Shown in pieces: positions 47,890-60,769 of a stretch of 64,000 bases of DNA (position 1 is its first letter; each line of letters begins with the position of its first letter). Under the pieces are notes generated by a model. It saw nothing but the letters and a program-made list of their open reading frames with translations. It was not told the origin of the DNA and ran no database searches. Location of the stretch: the NCBI GenBank assembly GCA_950097015.1, contig CATNEN010000012.1, positions 2,418,001 through 2,482,000 of the forward strand, read 5' to 3'. Position numbers and translations under genes: made by a program. This DNA comes from Macrostomum hystrix (taxonomy: Eukaryota > Animalia > Platyhelminthes).

Positions 47890-48711
47890 CCTCAATCTGC
47901 TCGAGTTGTCCGTGACCCGGTCCCCATCGGAAGCCAAATTGTCAGCAAAGCTAACAGCTGAAGCTGTTGGCTGGGCTGCTTATGAAAGTCAGGACACACT
48001 TGATGTGGTGCCAACTCTCAAAATATTACTCCTCACGACTGGAGATTTATCTTTAACTTGACTGGTCAGGACTCCTCCAACCTCATCACTTCTCTCCAGT
48101 TCGCCTGTCCGGCCCCCCCTGGCCAGCGGCAGCCAGTTGTAGTCATGACAAACAGCCCCCGTGCCCGGATTGACTGTTTGCTCAGCGTTTTACCCAGCGG
48201 AAAGGCCTTCTCCATCTCTCCCCTAGCATTCAGCTTCGCGCCCTGAAGTCTCCGCTGTTCTCCTTTTTTGCTATGCGAGCAATTGGGCCTGCCAGCTTTT
48301 GCCTGCCTTCCTCCGGCAGCCGCCCCCACCCGCCTCTACAACAGTGCTGGCGCCTTTGCTCTTCGCAGTTGTTCATTGCGAGCCGTGTTTGGCATAAACA
48401 AACGGCGCTTTGCGCTACTCACTATCCAGCCGCCAGAGTCAACAATAGGCCCGCGGGCGTGCCATCGCTGCTCAGGCCGTGCCGTCTACCCAGATCTAAA
48501 TTTGGAAGAAGGCGGAGGCAAACGGGAGATCTGTGCAGCTATGCGGATGACTGGCTGCATTGTACGAGTGCCCCAGTGTTACTATGAGTGCCTAGCACAA
48601 TTGACCGTGTCAGGAGATTTCCCAATCAGACTTAGCGGAAACTGATTTGAAGAATAGGTAGTGGGTATTAACTAAAATGGCTAGGTAAATTAATGGAGTC
48701 AGATTGCTGCT

Positions 48712-49090
48712 GAAAGGTGGCTGTCGTAGTTAGGTGGCTGTCGGAGTTAGGTGGCTGTCGGAATGAGGTGGCTGTCGGATTGAGGTGGCTGTCGGAATGA
48801 GGTGGCTGTCGGAATGAGGTGGCTGTCGGATTGAGGTGGCTGTCGGAGTTAGGTGGCTGTCGGAATGAGGTGGCTGTCGGATTGAGGTGGCTGTCGGAAT
48901 GAGGTGACTGTCGGAATGAGGTGGCTGTCGGAATGAGGTGACTGTCGGAATGAGGTGGCTGTCGGATTGAGGTGGCTGTCGGAGTGAGGTGGCTGTCGGA
49001 TTGAGGTGGCTGTCGGAGTGAGGTGGCTGTCGGAGTGAGGTGGCTGTCGGAGTGAGGCGGCTGTCGGATTGAGATGTGTCGAGTTGAGGT
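48712..49090. repeat. 17-bp minisatellite (gaggtggctgtcggaat)
   Basis: About 21 units, period 17. Confidence 0.95.
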
Positions 49091-50344
49091 GGCTTCTGAA
49101 GTTAAAATGAGCATGTTGAGATGCAGTTAGTAGTTCGCTTAGTCGCCTCGACACCTAATTTTTCAATTCGCTAGATGGGCCTGCTTACATGCATGTGCGT
49201 GCTTAGTTTTCGGTTAGACTGTGTTTAAAATTGTTCTTGATACTACAACCATGGATTTTTTTAAATACTTCATCGTCATTAATAAAGTATTTTAGAGAAC
49301 CTTTTTTTCTCACACGCCTACTTGCTTCAGACTTGAAGTTTTCTTTCTAGCCAAGAACCGATCGATAATGTCTCCTTGACGAGGACTAAAATGCCACTGA
49401 GGTGACAGCTTATCAGATTAAGCCAGCGCAAAGCTAATCTGCTAGCCAAATCTTTTTTGGTAGTCCAACAAAAGCTGCGTGCTACCGGAGAGTTTGGCCA
49501 GGTGAAAATACAGGCGAGAGGGTTTCCTGAATAATTAAGCCCACTTCGCACCTGCCCTTTACTCAATCTTGAGGCCTTGCCATGGAGACCCGGCAAGCCA
49601 AAGTGAAAAAAAATCAACTTTCTAATCCTGCATTGCAAATTAGTTGTCAAGGCAGTCTCCGACGGGGGGCATTCATCGATTCCCGCTACTTTCAACATCT
49701 TGGTGGCATTTCAGCATTGCTGCTGCTGCATTGTTCTGTGAAAGAAATGCTGCTCACGGAAAGAAAGAATTTTAAGCAGCAAAAAAACGACTGGTGCAAG
49801 GACTTTCGCTCCCTGCTCAGGATCGCAAAAGTACGTCTGCGTGTCTCCGTGTGCCCACTCTGGCTTGTCAATAACACCATCTTCTAACACCCATTGCAGC
49901 TCCATAAATTCTATTTAGTGGGCGCCTATAATACTCCCCCTAATTGTTGTCCTGCTAGTACTCAATTCTTTCTCCGCAGTGTGAGATGGTGCGGAATCGC
50001 TTGCCAAATAGAGGGCAGATCAATTAAAAGCGACAGATTGCCATTAATTTCCTTTGTGCACCAAATCGGACCTGCAAGTTGTATAGTAGCCTTGCTATTG
50101 TCCATTTAGAAATTACCTGTATCCAGGGAGGTTTTAATCATTTTTCTGGAGCTTCAATTCCTGATGGAGAAATTGGTGACCCTGGCATCGGCACCTTTTG
50201 CCCGCGAAACGCAATTTTTTTAGACAATTCAGTCCAGTGCCCTGTATAGAGTTAGGACACATATAGAGTTAAAGCAAACAATTGCTTTAAATCTCACACT
50301 AACAAATACACAAGCTATCTTAGATAGACTATATTCTGCAAACA

Positions 50345-53300
50345 ATCTTATGCAAGCATGATTCTGCAAGCCTGATTCTGCAAGCATGATTCAGTAAGCA
50401 TGATTCTGCAAGCATGATTCTGCAAGCATGATTCTGCAAGCATGATTCTGCAAGCATGATTCTGCAAGCATGATTCTGCAAGCATGATTCAGTAAGCATG
50501 ATTCTGCAAGCATGATTCTGCAAGCATGATTCTGCAAGCATGATTCTGCAAGCATGATTCTGCAAGCATGATTCTGCAAGCATGATTCTGCAAGCATGAT
50601 TCTGCAAGCATGATTCTGCAAGCATGATTCTGCAAGCATGATTCTGCAAGCATGATTCTGCAAGCATGATTCAGTAAGCATGATTCTGCAAGCATGATTC
50701 AGTAAGCCTGATTCAGCAAGCATGATTCAGTAAGCATGATTCTGCAAGCATGATTCAGTAAGCCTGATTCTGCAAGCATGATTCTGCAAGCCTGATTCTG
50801 CAAGCATGATTCAGTAAGCATGATTCTGCAAGCATGATTCTTCATGCATGATTCTGCAAGCATGATTCAGTAAGCATGATTCTGCAAGCATGATTCAGTA
50901 AGCATGATTCTGCAAGCATGATTCTGCAAGCCTGATTCTGCAAGCATGATTCTGCAAGCATGATTCTGCAAGCATGATTCAGTAAGCATGATTCTGCAAG
51001 CATGATTCTGCAAGCATGATTCTGCAAGCATGATTCTGCAAGCATGATTCTGCAAGCATGATTCAGTAAGCATGATTCAGTAAACATGATTCAGTAAGCA
51101 TGATTCAGTAAGCATGATTCAGTAAGCATGATTCTGCAAGCATGATTCAGTAAGCATGATTCTGCAAGCATGATTCAGTAAGCATGATTCTGCAAGCATG
51201 ATTCTGCAAGCCTGATTCTGCAAGCATGATTCAGTAAGCATGATTCTGCAAGCATGATTCTGCAAGCATGATTCTGCAAGCATGATTCAGTAAGCATGAT
51301 TCTGCAAGCATGATTCTGCAAGCATGATTCAGTAAGCATGATTCAGTAAGCATGATTCAGTAAGCATGATTCAGTAAACATGATTCAGTAAGCATGATTC
51401 AGTAAGCATGATTCAGTAAGCATGATTCAGTAAGCCTGATTCTGCAAGTATGATTCAGTAAGCATGATTCAGTAAGCATGATTCAGTAAGCATGATTCTG
51501 CAAGCATGATTCAGTAAGCCTGATTCTGCAAGCATGATTCAGTAAGCATGATTCAGTAAACATGATTCAGTAAACATGATTCAGTAAGCATGATTCAGTA
51601 AGCATGATTCAGTAAGCCTGATTCTGCAAGTATGATTCTGCAAGCATGATTCTGCAAGCATGATTCAGTAAGCATGATTCTGCAAGCATGATTCAGTAAG
51701 CATGATTCTGCAAGCATGATTCAGTAAGCATGATTCTGCAAGCATGATTCAGTAAGCATGATTCAGTAAGCATGATTCTGCAAGCATGATTCAGTAAGCA
51801 TGATTCAGTAAGCATGATTCTGCAAGCATGATTCTGCAAGCATGATTCAGTAAGCATGATTCAGTAAGCATGATTCTGCAAGCATGATTCTGCAAGCATG
51901 ATTCTGCAAGCATGATTCAGTAAGCATGATTCTGCAAGCATGATTCAGTAAGCCTGATTCTGCAAGCATGATTCAGTAAGCATGATTCAGTAAGCATGAT
52001 TCTGCAAGCATGATTCAGTAAGCATGATTCAGTAAGCATGATTCAGTAAGCATGATTCTGCAAGCATGATTCAGTAAGCCTGATTCTGCAAGTATGATTC
52101 TGCAAGCATGATTCTGCAAGCATGATTCAGTAAGCATGATTCAGTAAGCATGATTCTGCAAGCATGATTCTGCAAGCATGATTCTGCAAGCATGATTCAG
52201 TAAGCATGATTCTGCAAGCATGATTCTGCAAGCATGATTCAGTAAGCATGATTCTGCAAGCATGATTCAGTAAGCATGATTCAGTAAGCATGATTCTGCA
52301 AGCATGATTCTGCAAGCATGATTCTGCAAGCATGATTCAGTAAGCATGATTCTGCAAGCATGATTCTGCAAGCATGATTCAGTAAGCATGATTCTGCAAG
52401 CATGATTCTGCAAGCATGATTCTGCAAGCATGATTCTGCAAGCATGATTCTGCAAGCATGATTCAGTAAGCATGATTCAGTAAGCATGATTCAGTAAGCA
52501 TGATTCTGCAAGCATGATTCAGTAAGCATGATTCAGTAAGCATGATTCAGTAAGCATGATTCTGCAAGCATGATTCAGTAAGCATGATTCAGTAAGCATG
52601 ATTCTGCAAGCATGATTCTGCAAGCATGATTCTGCAAGCATGATTCAGTAAGCATGATTCTGCAAGCATGATTCTGCAAGCATGATTCAGTAAGCATGAT
52701 TCTGCAAGCATGATTCTGCAAGCATGATTCTGCAAGCATGATTCAGTAAGCATGATTCTGCAAGCATGATTCAGTAAGCATGATTCAGTAAGCATGATTC
52801 AGTAAGCATGATTCTGCAAGCATGATTCAGTAAGCATGATTCAGTAAGCATGATTCAGTAAGCCTGATTCTGCAAGCATGATTCAGTAAGCATGATTCTG
52901 CAAGCATGATTCAGTAAGCATGATTCTGCAAGCATGATTCTGCAAGCCTGATTCTGCAAGCATGATTCAGTAAGCATGATTCTGCAAGCATGATTCTGCA
53001 AGCATGATTCTGCAAGCATGATTCAGTAAGCATGATTCTGCAAGCATGATTCTGCAAGCATGATTCAGTAAGCATGATTCAGTAAGCATGATTCAGTAAG
53101 CATGATTCTGCAAGCATGATTCAGTAAGCATGATTCTGCAAGCATGATTCAGTAAGCATGATTCTGCAAGCATGATTCTGCAAGCATGATTCTGCAAGCC
53201 TGATTCTGCAAGCATGATTCAGTAAGCATGATTCTGCAAGCATGATTCAGTAAGCATGATTCTGCAAGCATGATTCAGTAAGCATGATTCTGCAAGCATG

Positions 53301-53445
53301 ATTCTGCAAGCATGATTCTGCAAGCATGATTCAGTAAGCATGATTCTGCAAGCATGATTCTGCAAGCATGATTCTGCAAGCATGATTCTTCATGCATGAT
53401 TCTGCAAGCATGATTCTTCATGCATGATTCTGCAAGCATGATTCA
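50345..53445. repeat. 3.1-kb 14-bp satellite with two interspersed variants (aagcatgatt+ctgc / aagcatgatt+cagt)
   Basis: About 220 units directly visible. Confidence 0.98.
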
Positions 53446-53954
53446 TCAAGGCAGTATTCGAGCAAAAAGGCTGTCTTCTTCTAAACAAATTAGGAATATT
53501 TTGTCTAATAGCTCATAACATTTTAACGGCTACTGCAAGTAGATAATGTGATAAATACGCTTAAAATTGTCGTATGTCATGACGAATATAAAAACAAGGG
53601 TTATAACGATTCGCCTATAATTAATAGATGTGCATAGAAGACACACAAAATGCATATCCGAGAGAATGATATACATGATAGACCATCCGAGGGTCTCCGT
53701 AGGGGATGGTTAGCGTGTGCGGTCACGCACAGAACCCGAGGCTGCGCCAGCACGTGTTTTCACAGCTGCAACAGCCGCCGCTGGACGCCCTATTGTTCTG
53801 TCAGTTGAGTACTCAGCCTATGTACTCAACTATTTGAGTGCCTTCTCTCTCTCCCTGTCTTCTCTCAGTTTACTTAAAAGAATTCTAAACTGGCAGAAGG
53901 CATCTCCTCGACTCGCTGCTTAGTCGCTATAGCATTGGGTTGGGACCGGAAATC

Positions 53955-56256
53955 ATGACTGTCCGATCGAAGGCCGAAGAGCTGGTGAACGCTATCACAC
54001 CTGTACTAATCCTAGCTGTGTGCTGCGTCACCTCGTTGCTAATAGCAACCAATGTCCGCTGCCACGGCTCCCTGGCGCTCTACCTGTACGAAGATCTGCC
54101 AATGTACGTCGAAAGAAACGAGGTTCACTGGCTTGGCGCGACGCACGGCATGTTTGTGTACATGTTTGTACCTCTTATAGCTGGCATGATCGATCACTTC
54201 AAGGTCAGTTACCGAGTCTGTATGATGGCAGCCGGATTCACTAGTCTGCTGTCCTGCCTGCTGTCTGCCGGCTTCTCGGAGCCCGGGTACATGATCTTCA
54301 CCGACACGGTGGCCGCCGGCGGCGCTGCCTCCGTCATGCTGTCGACCGTGGTGCTAGTTGTTGACGACTATTTCCCGACTGAGTCTAGCCTCAGAATCTT
54401 TGCCACCACCATGGTGCAGGGAGTCGCATTTGCCACCTTCTTTCTCATCGACGGCTACTCGATCGCGCTGAAGCTGGCCGGCTGGCGAGCAGTGTTCTAC
54501 GCCTACGGAGCCATTGCATGCACCATGGGCCTCCTTGGCGGCCTGCTGTTTGCCAGGCCTGTCAGGCCGCACAGGTGAACCTTGTTGAAGCCTGTGGGTG
54601 TGTTGTGATTGGTGTTGATGTCTGTGGATGTGTTCTGATTGGTGTTCAGGTCTGTAGATGTGTTGTGATTCTTGTTGAGGCCTGTGGATGAGCAGTTATT
54701 GTTATTGCTGTTGTTTTAGAAGGTCTGTTTTGAGGGTTGTTAAGATCGGTGTGTGTTCGTGAGTCTCTAGCAAGCAAAGTATTTTAAAGTCGACACTAAA
54801 CAAATGGATAAAAAATAATTTCCCTGCAGTCCCCAGCAACAGAGAACTTTGCAGCAAATAAAGCAGCAGCAGCAGCAGCAGCAGCAGCAAAAGCAGCAGA
54901 CGCAGTACTCTCCGCTGCCAACGTCCGCGGTGCTGTCAGAGGCCGACGCGCAAGTCGATGACAACGACTCGGATGAGGCGGAGGAGGCTGGAGACGCCAC
55001 AGCTGCGGAAGGCACAGCCGCTGTTGGCGAGAGCACCGTGATTGACCAGCTATTTGAGAAGAAGGACTGGAAGAAAAGGCTGCTCAGCCTCTCTCTGGTG
55101 AGGCGCGGACAATAATGTTTTAGACCTGAATTTCTCATGCTCATCTGTGACACCCCGACTCTTCGAAGAATCTGACATTCTAGGAATCTGACATTGTGGA
55201 ATCCAACTTTCTAAAAATCTGACATTTTAGAATCTGACATTCCAAGAATCTGACATTCCAAGAATCTGACATTCTAAGAATATAACATTCCAAGAATTTA
55301 ACATTCCAAGAATCTGACATTCCAAGAATCTGACATTCCAAGAATCAGGTATTCCAAGAATCTGACATTCCAAGAATCTGACATTCCAAGAATCTGACAT
55401 TCCAAGAATCTGACATTCCAAGAATCTGACATTCTAAGAATCTGACATTCCAAGAATCTAACATTCTAAGAATCTGACATTCCAAGAATCTGACATTCTA
55501 AGAATCTGACATTCCAAGAATCTAACATTCCAAGAATCTGACAATCCAAGAATCTGACAATCCAAGAATCTGACGCCTGACCCGCAGCCCCAGATGCAGT
55601 CGAGTCGCACCAGTCTGCTGTGGCTCTGCGAGCGTCTCCTCGCCGCGGTTGTCTCTGACGGTGTCTTCCTATTCCTGCTGCTTCACTCGGGCATCGCGCG
55701 CTACCCGTTCATCGCCGGCTCGCCGACAGCTTCGCCCACCATCGGCAGAATCACCACCGCCTTCCTGTTCACGGTGGGCTCGACCACGTCTTACCTTGGC
55801 GGTGGAATCCTGGGCTGCCTCATTCGGGGCCACCTGCTCATTGTGTACATGGCCGGTGCTCTAGTCAACCTGTGCGCCCTGATTGGCTGGGTGGCCGTGC
55901 TGGACTCCTACTACCACGGCGAGCTGGTGTTCGCCTGGTTCTGCGGCCTTGGAGTCGGGGCCGTCAACACTTTCGCCTACGCCGCTTCCGAGGAGGCCAC
56001 GGGAATTCCGGCGCGGTCAATTTTCCCATTCACCAAGCTGGCCAACGGTCTGTCCATTGTGACCATCGAGGTGACGCACTCAGCCCTGACTAGCAAGGAT
56101 AATACCCAACTAGACATTCTACTCATAGTACTGCTCATGCTGTCACTGGCCGAATTCGCATTGCTAGTGCTGATCAGACAGATCAACAGGCGACTGGACG
56201 CGTCAGTTAATCGTTTCCGTTGGCCAGCCAGAAGGGGCTCCAGAACAGTTCGATGA
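53955..56256 (+). CDS. Divergent MFS transporter, monocarboxylate transporter (SLC16)-like, ~516 aa; exons 53955-54574, 54830-55097, 55594-56256
   Basis: 6+6 hydrophobic segments split by a polyQ/acidic loop. WLGA...PLIAGMIDHFKVSYR, DDYFP and GWRAVF resemble SLC16. GT-AG junctions in phases 2 and 0 join in frame. Confidence 0.8.
55165..55575. repeat. 16-bp minisatellite (gaatctgacattccaa) filling SLC16-like intron 2
   Basis: About 25 units, ending ~18 bp before the acceptor. Confidence 0.95.
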
Positions 56257-57479
56257 TTTTATTGATTCGAGTTTGATGGGTAGAATCTGACTTGATCCTT
56301 AAAATCCCACGGCACTGTCCATTGTCGAATGTGTCTTGTCTAATTCAATTTTTAAGTTTCAAAGCTTTTGTATGCGGGCTAATTGTACCCTGACAAATAG
56401 AATTGAAATGTATCATTGCCATTTATCCACCCCTAATTTTTTTCCGAGTCTCCTACTAATCCTACTAAATATGGACTTACTCTCCGCTGATCTGATTGGT
56501 TGAGAGAGAGAGAGAAAGAGAGCCAGAAATAACTCCACCACCCAAGAATTCATGCCCCTCTCAAAACCCACCTCACTCCACCTGGCCACCGTAAACTTGC
56601 TCTCATTGGTGGAAAGAGAGCTGCCCCATCCCTGATTGGTTTAGGGCTACCCAGCCAGAAATCTAATAGTGTGAAAAAATCGATTTTCGAAGAAATCCTT
56701 CCTAGGTACCATATAATATGGATGTGCTACTGCATACACGACACATTGAGCCACAGAGTATTTTATTATTTATTAGTATTATTAATAACATTGTAATCCA
56801 ATGTTCATAAATCACAGGCGCGACAAATAAACAATAAATTAAAGTAGTATTTTTACACGGCTGGAAATCATGCGTTGCAAAAAGCAAGTCAATGATAAGG
56901 AACAAAGACGGTCTTCTTGGAAAACGAGCTATTAGGACAGCTTCCAAAATGAGCAGAAAATTATAAGTAACAACGTTACATCTCTGGAATAATTAATTTA
57001 GGGAAGAAGTTTTTGGGTGCCAAAATAATAAAAAAAATTTGTTAAAAATAAATGAAAACAAAACTAATTATGGTTACATATAGAATTAAACAGAATAAAT
57101 AAACTTAGATCATTTATAATCTACAGAAATCTAAATTGAATCAGAGAATAAATGTTTATGTGCAAATTTCTGAATAGTGCTGCGATAATAGTAAATGGTG
57201 GAGTAAGCTTGAGTTATTGGATATTTTCCTTGAGTGCACTACTGATCGTACTGAGTAGTTCGAATGAAAGTCACAAAAATATTGAAGACTAATTCAAAAT
57301 TCTGCCCGTCAAACATTGTTAAAGAGGATTTAAACAAATAAAAGAGCGGAATGATATTTTCAAGACGCCTTTTTAAATACTTTAATTTATTTTGATGTCG
57401 CTTCGAAATCGGATTGTAAATTCATTTTCAAGATGCCATTTTAAATAAAAACTAGTCTAAATTTCAAGTTACGATTCTG

Positions 57480-57960
57480 AAAGCAAATAGAAATTTCAAG
57501 ATGCCATTTTGAAAGCAAATGGAAATTTCAAGATGTATTTTTGAAAGCAAATAGAAATTTCAAAATTTAATTTAGAAATCAAATAGAAATTTCAAGATGT
57601 AGTTTTGAAAGCAAATAGAAATTTCAAAATTTAATTTAGAAATCAAATAGAAATTTCAAAATGTAATTTAGAAATCAAATAGAAATTTCAAGATGCAATT
57701 TAGAAATCAAATAGAAATTTCAAAATTTAATTTAGAAATCAAATAGAAATTTCAAGATGTAGTTTTGAAAGCAAATAGAAATTTCAAAATTTAATTTAGA
57801 AATCAAATAGAAATTTCAAAATGTAATTTAGAAATCAAATAGAAATTTCAAGATGCCATTTTGAAATCAAAAGGAAATTTCAAGATGCCATTTTGCAAGC
57901 TAGTTGATATTTTAAGATGCCATTTTGCAAGCTAGTCGATATTTTAAGATGTCATTTTGA
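57480..57960. repeat. AT-rich 32-bp minisatellite (gaaatcaaatagaaatttcaagatgtaattta variants)
   Basis: About 13 units with an internal multi-unit duplication. Confidence 0.9.
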
Positions 57961-58074
57961 CAAATCAAATTTTACTGAAGTATTTTATAAAAAGAACATA
58001 AAAACAAAATGGAATTTCAGAATTGCTTCTTCGTGCATTAAAACAAGCAGGTGTAAATTATTAGTGAACCCGAA

Positions 58075-60050
58075 TCACAGCTGGCTTGTATCCAGCAGCT
58101 GTTTCTCCACCTTGCCGTTGGTGCGGCTAACGACCATGACGTCCTTCTCGCCATACACCTCCACGTAGAACATGCCCTCTCGCTTCTTTGCCATCTCGCA
58201 TTTGGCCAGCTTGGCCAGCCGGCAGCTGATGATGCCGCTGACGATGCAGACGACGCACTCGACCCCGGCTGCTCCGAGGGCGCCAAGGAGCAGCTGGTCC
58301 AAGGTGTCCTTCTGGTAGGTGTGGCCGTCAGTGGTGTGGTTCACCAGACCCAGCCTGAGCAGCTGGATGCTGATGACCGCAGTCAGCAGGGACACGACAG
58401 AGAAGGCCGAGAAGCAGAGGATCTGCCAATTTTTGTGAGTCTCTTAGTTGGTTGGGTGTGCAAGACTCGATTCTGTCTACATAAGGTGACATAATATATG
58501 ATTGGTTGGGTGTGAGATGGGCTGATAGGGAATGAGATGGGACTGATAAGGAATGAGATTGGACTGATAGGGAATGAGATGGGAATGATAGAGAATGAGA
58601 TGGGAATGATAGAGAATGAGATGGGAATGATAGGGAATGAGATGGGACTGATAAGGAATGAGATTGGACTAATAGGGAATGAGATGGGAATGATAGGGAA
58701 TGAGATGGGACTGATAAGGAATGAGATTGGACTAATAGGGAATGAGATGGGAATGATAGGGAATGAGATGGGACTGATAAGGAATGAGATTGGACTAATA
58801 GGGAATGAGATGGGAATGATAGGGAATGAGATGGGAATGAGATGGGACTGATAGAGAATGAGATGGGAATGATAGGGAATGAGATGGGAATGATAGAGAA
58901 TGAGATGGGAATGATAGGGAATGAGATGGGAATGATAGAGAATGAGACGGGACTGATAGGGAATGAGATGGGACTGATAAGGAATGAGATTGGACTGATA
59001 GGGAATGAGATGGGACTGATAGAGAATGAGATGGGAATGATAGGGAATGAGATGGGAATGAGATGGGACTGATAGAGAATGAGATGGGAATGATAGGGAA
59101 TGAGATGGGAATGAGATGGGACTGATAAGGTATGAGATGGGACTGATGGGGAATGAGATGGGACTGATAGGGAATGAGATGGGACTGATAGAGAATGAGA
59201 TGGGAATGATAGGGAATGAGATGGGAATGAGATGGGACTGATAGAGAATGAGATGGGAATGATAGGGAATGAGATGGGAATGAGATGGGACTGATAAGGT
59301 ATGAGATGGGACTGATAAGGAATGAGATGGGAATGAGATGGGACTGATAAGGAATGAGATGGGACTGATAAGGAATGAGATGGGACTGATAGAGAATGAG
59401 ATGGGAATGATAGGGAATGAGATGGGAATGAGATGGGAATGAGATGGGACTGATAAGGTATGAGATGGGACTGATGGGGAATGAGATGGGACTGATAAGG
59501 AATGAGATGGGAATGAGATGGGACTGATAAGGAATGAGATGGGACTGATAAGGAATGAGATGGGACTGATAAGGAATGAGATGGGACTGATAAGGAATGA
59601 GATGGGACTGATAAGGAATGAGATGGGACTGACTAAGGATAAGATAGGCCTGATCGAGGGTGTCCTTCTTGTGGGAGTGCTGGAACTGGTAATGAGATAG
59701 AACCGGTCGAGTCGGAGCAGTACTCACAATATAGATGGTCTGCCGTCGCACGCAGGCGATGCCGATCATGCCGGTGACAAAGAACTGAAAAAAAACTGCA
59801 GCCGTGTCAGTGTTGTCTCGAAGCAGAGTCAATGCACAAAAAATCGATAAACCTAGACAAGCCAATCTGATTGGCAAACCGACGGCCGACTTACGAAGCC
59901 TCCAGACCAGATTGGCGACACCCGGTGGGCCATCCACACCACAGCCTGGATGGTGGACACGGTGCCCAGGATCATGGACAGCGATCCCAGGATGAGGTGG
60001 ATCACGGCCAGTACCAGGACTGCCGCCAGCACAGACTGGTACAGCTGCAT
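58075..60050 (-). CDS. TMEM196-like (CD20/MS4A-related) 4-TM protein, ~186 aa; exons 60050-59895, 59784-59728, 58422-58075
   Basis: SPIWSGGF|[11 protein letters not shown] matches the SP.WSG..F..G..G pattern; canonical gtaagt/gtgagt donors and cag acceptors, all phase 0. Confidence 0.82.
58510..59635. repeat. 21-bp minisatellite (gggaatgagatgggactgata) in TMEM196-like intron 2
   Basis: About 50 units built from 11- and 10-bp half-units. Confidence 0.97.
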
Positions 60051-60769
60051 GCCGCGGACAAGCTGAGCGAATTGCGGCCACAAACAGCCTGCGATTGTAT
60101 AATTTCAGGACAATTTCAGCTGGGAGCTGGGGAGTTTGTGGCGGCCTATTTTCAAATCCTCAACCGCTCAGTCCGGACGCGCGTGCACTATTCCCACCCC
60201 ACCCCCCACACTGTCTGAGTTTCTTCCCCTATCCTTCCTTTCCTACCAGACCTGCCCCCTGTGCCAGCCAGCTGAGTGCACAGCCTCCCATCCCTGCCCT
60301 CTCTCCTCTCTACTTGCATCTCGCATGAAAATAGTTTTCGACCTTGGAGAAGCGCGCGAATGTGGCGGACTGAGGGAAAAGGACTGGGAAGAAAACTGCA
60401 CGGCACGGGGAAGCCGTTCTCCCTTACCCCCGATCCCCTTTCATTCTCATCCCCACGCTAGAAGACAGGCGCGCTAATGCGTGGATCAATCAAGAGCAGA
60501 GCCGGCAGAGCAAGGCAAGCCTGGCACAGAGCCCAGACAAATCGATAATTAACTGCCCGTGTGGACGCGCACCCAAGAAGCTGTCTTATTCAGCTCGCTA
60601 AAAATCCTTCGAACGAATGCTTGGAGAAACTGAGGGGCCGGAATACGAATACTCACAGCATAACGTGATGCCCAGCTTCAAGATTCCGATGCAATCTTAG
60701 TGGAGATGCTAATTGCCTTTAAACACGTATTAAAGAGTCACGGCAACCTGAGATGCGACCACACGAGTG

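Noticed and set aside
48273-48587. YADD reverse-transcriptase motif (SYADDW)
   Set aside because: There is no QG..LSP motif or other RT context, the frame is short, and a 4-aa match is expected by chance.
56485-56645. Cluster of three ATTGG (CCAAT) boxes with a GA microsatellite
   Set aside because: No adjacent gene start was identified, so a promoter cannot be supported from sequence alone.
56893-56910. aaagacggtct resembling the Macrostomum spliced leader as I recall it
   Set aside because: Only ~11 nt match, with no continuation, donor or Sm site; probably chance.
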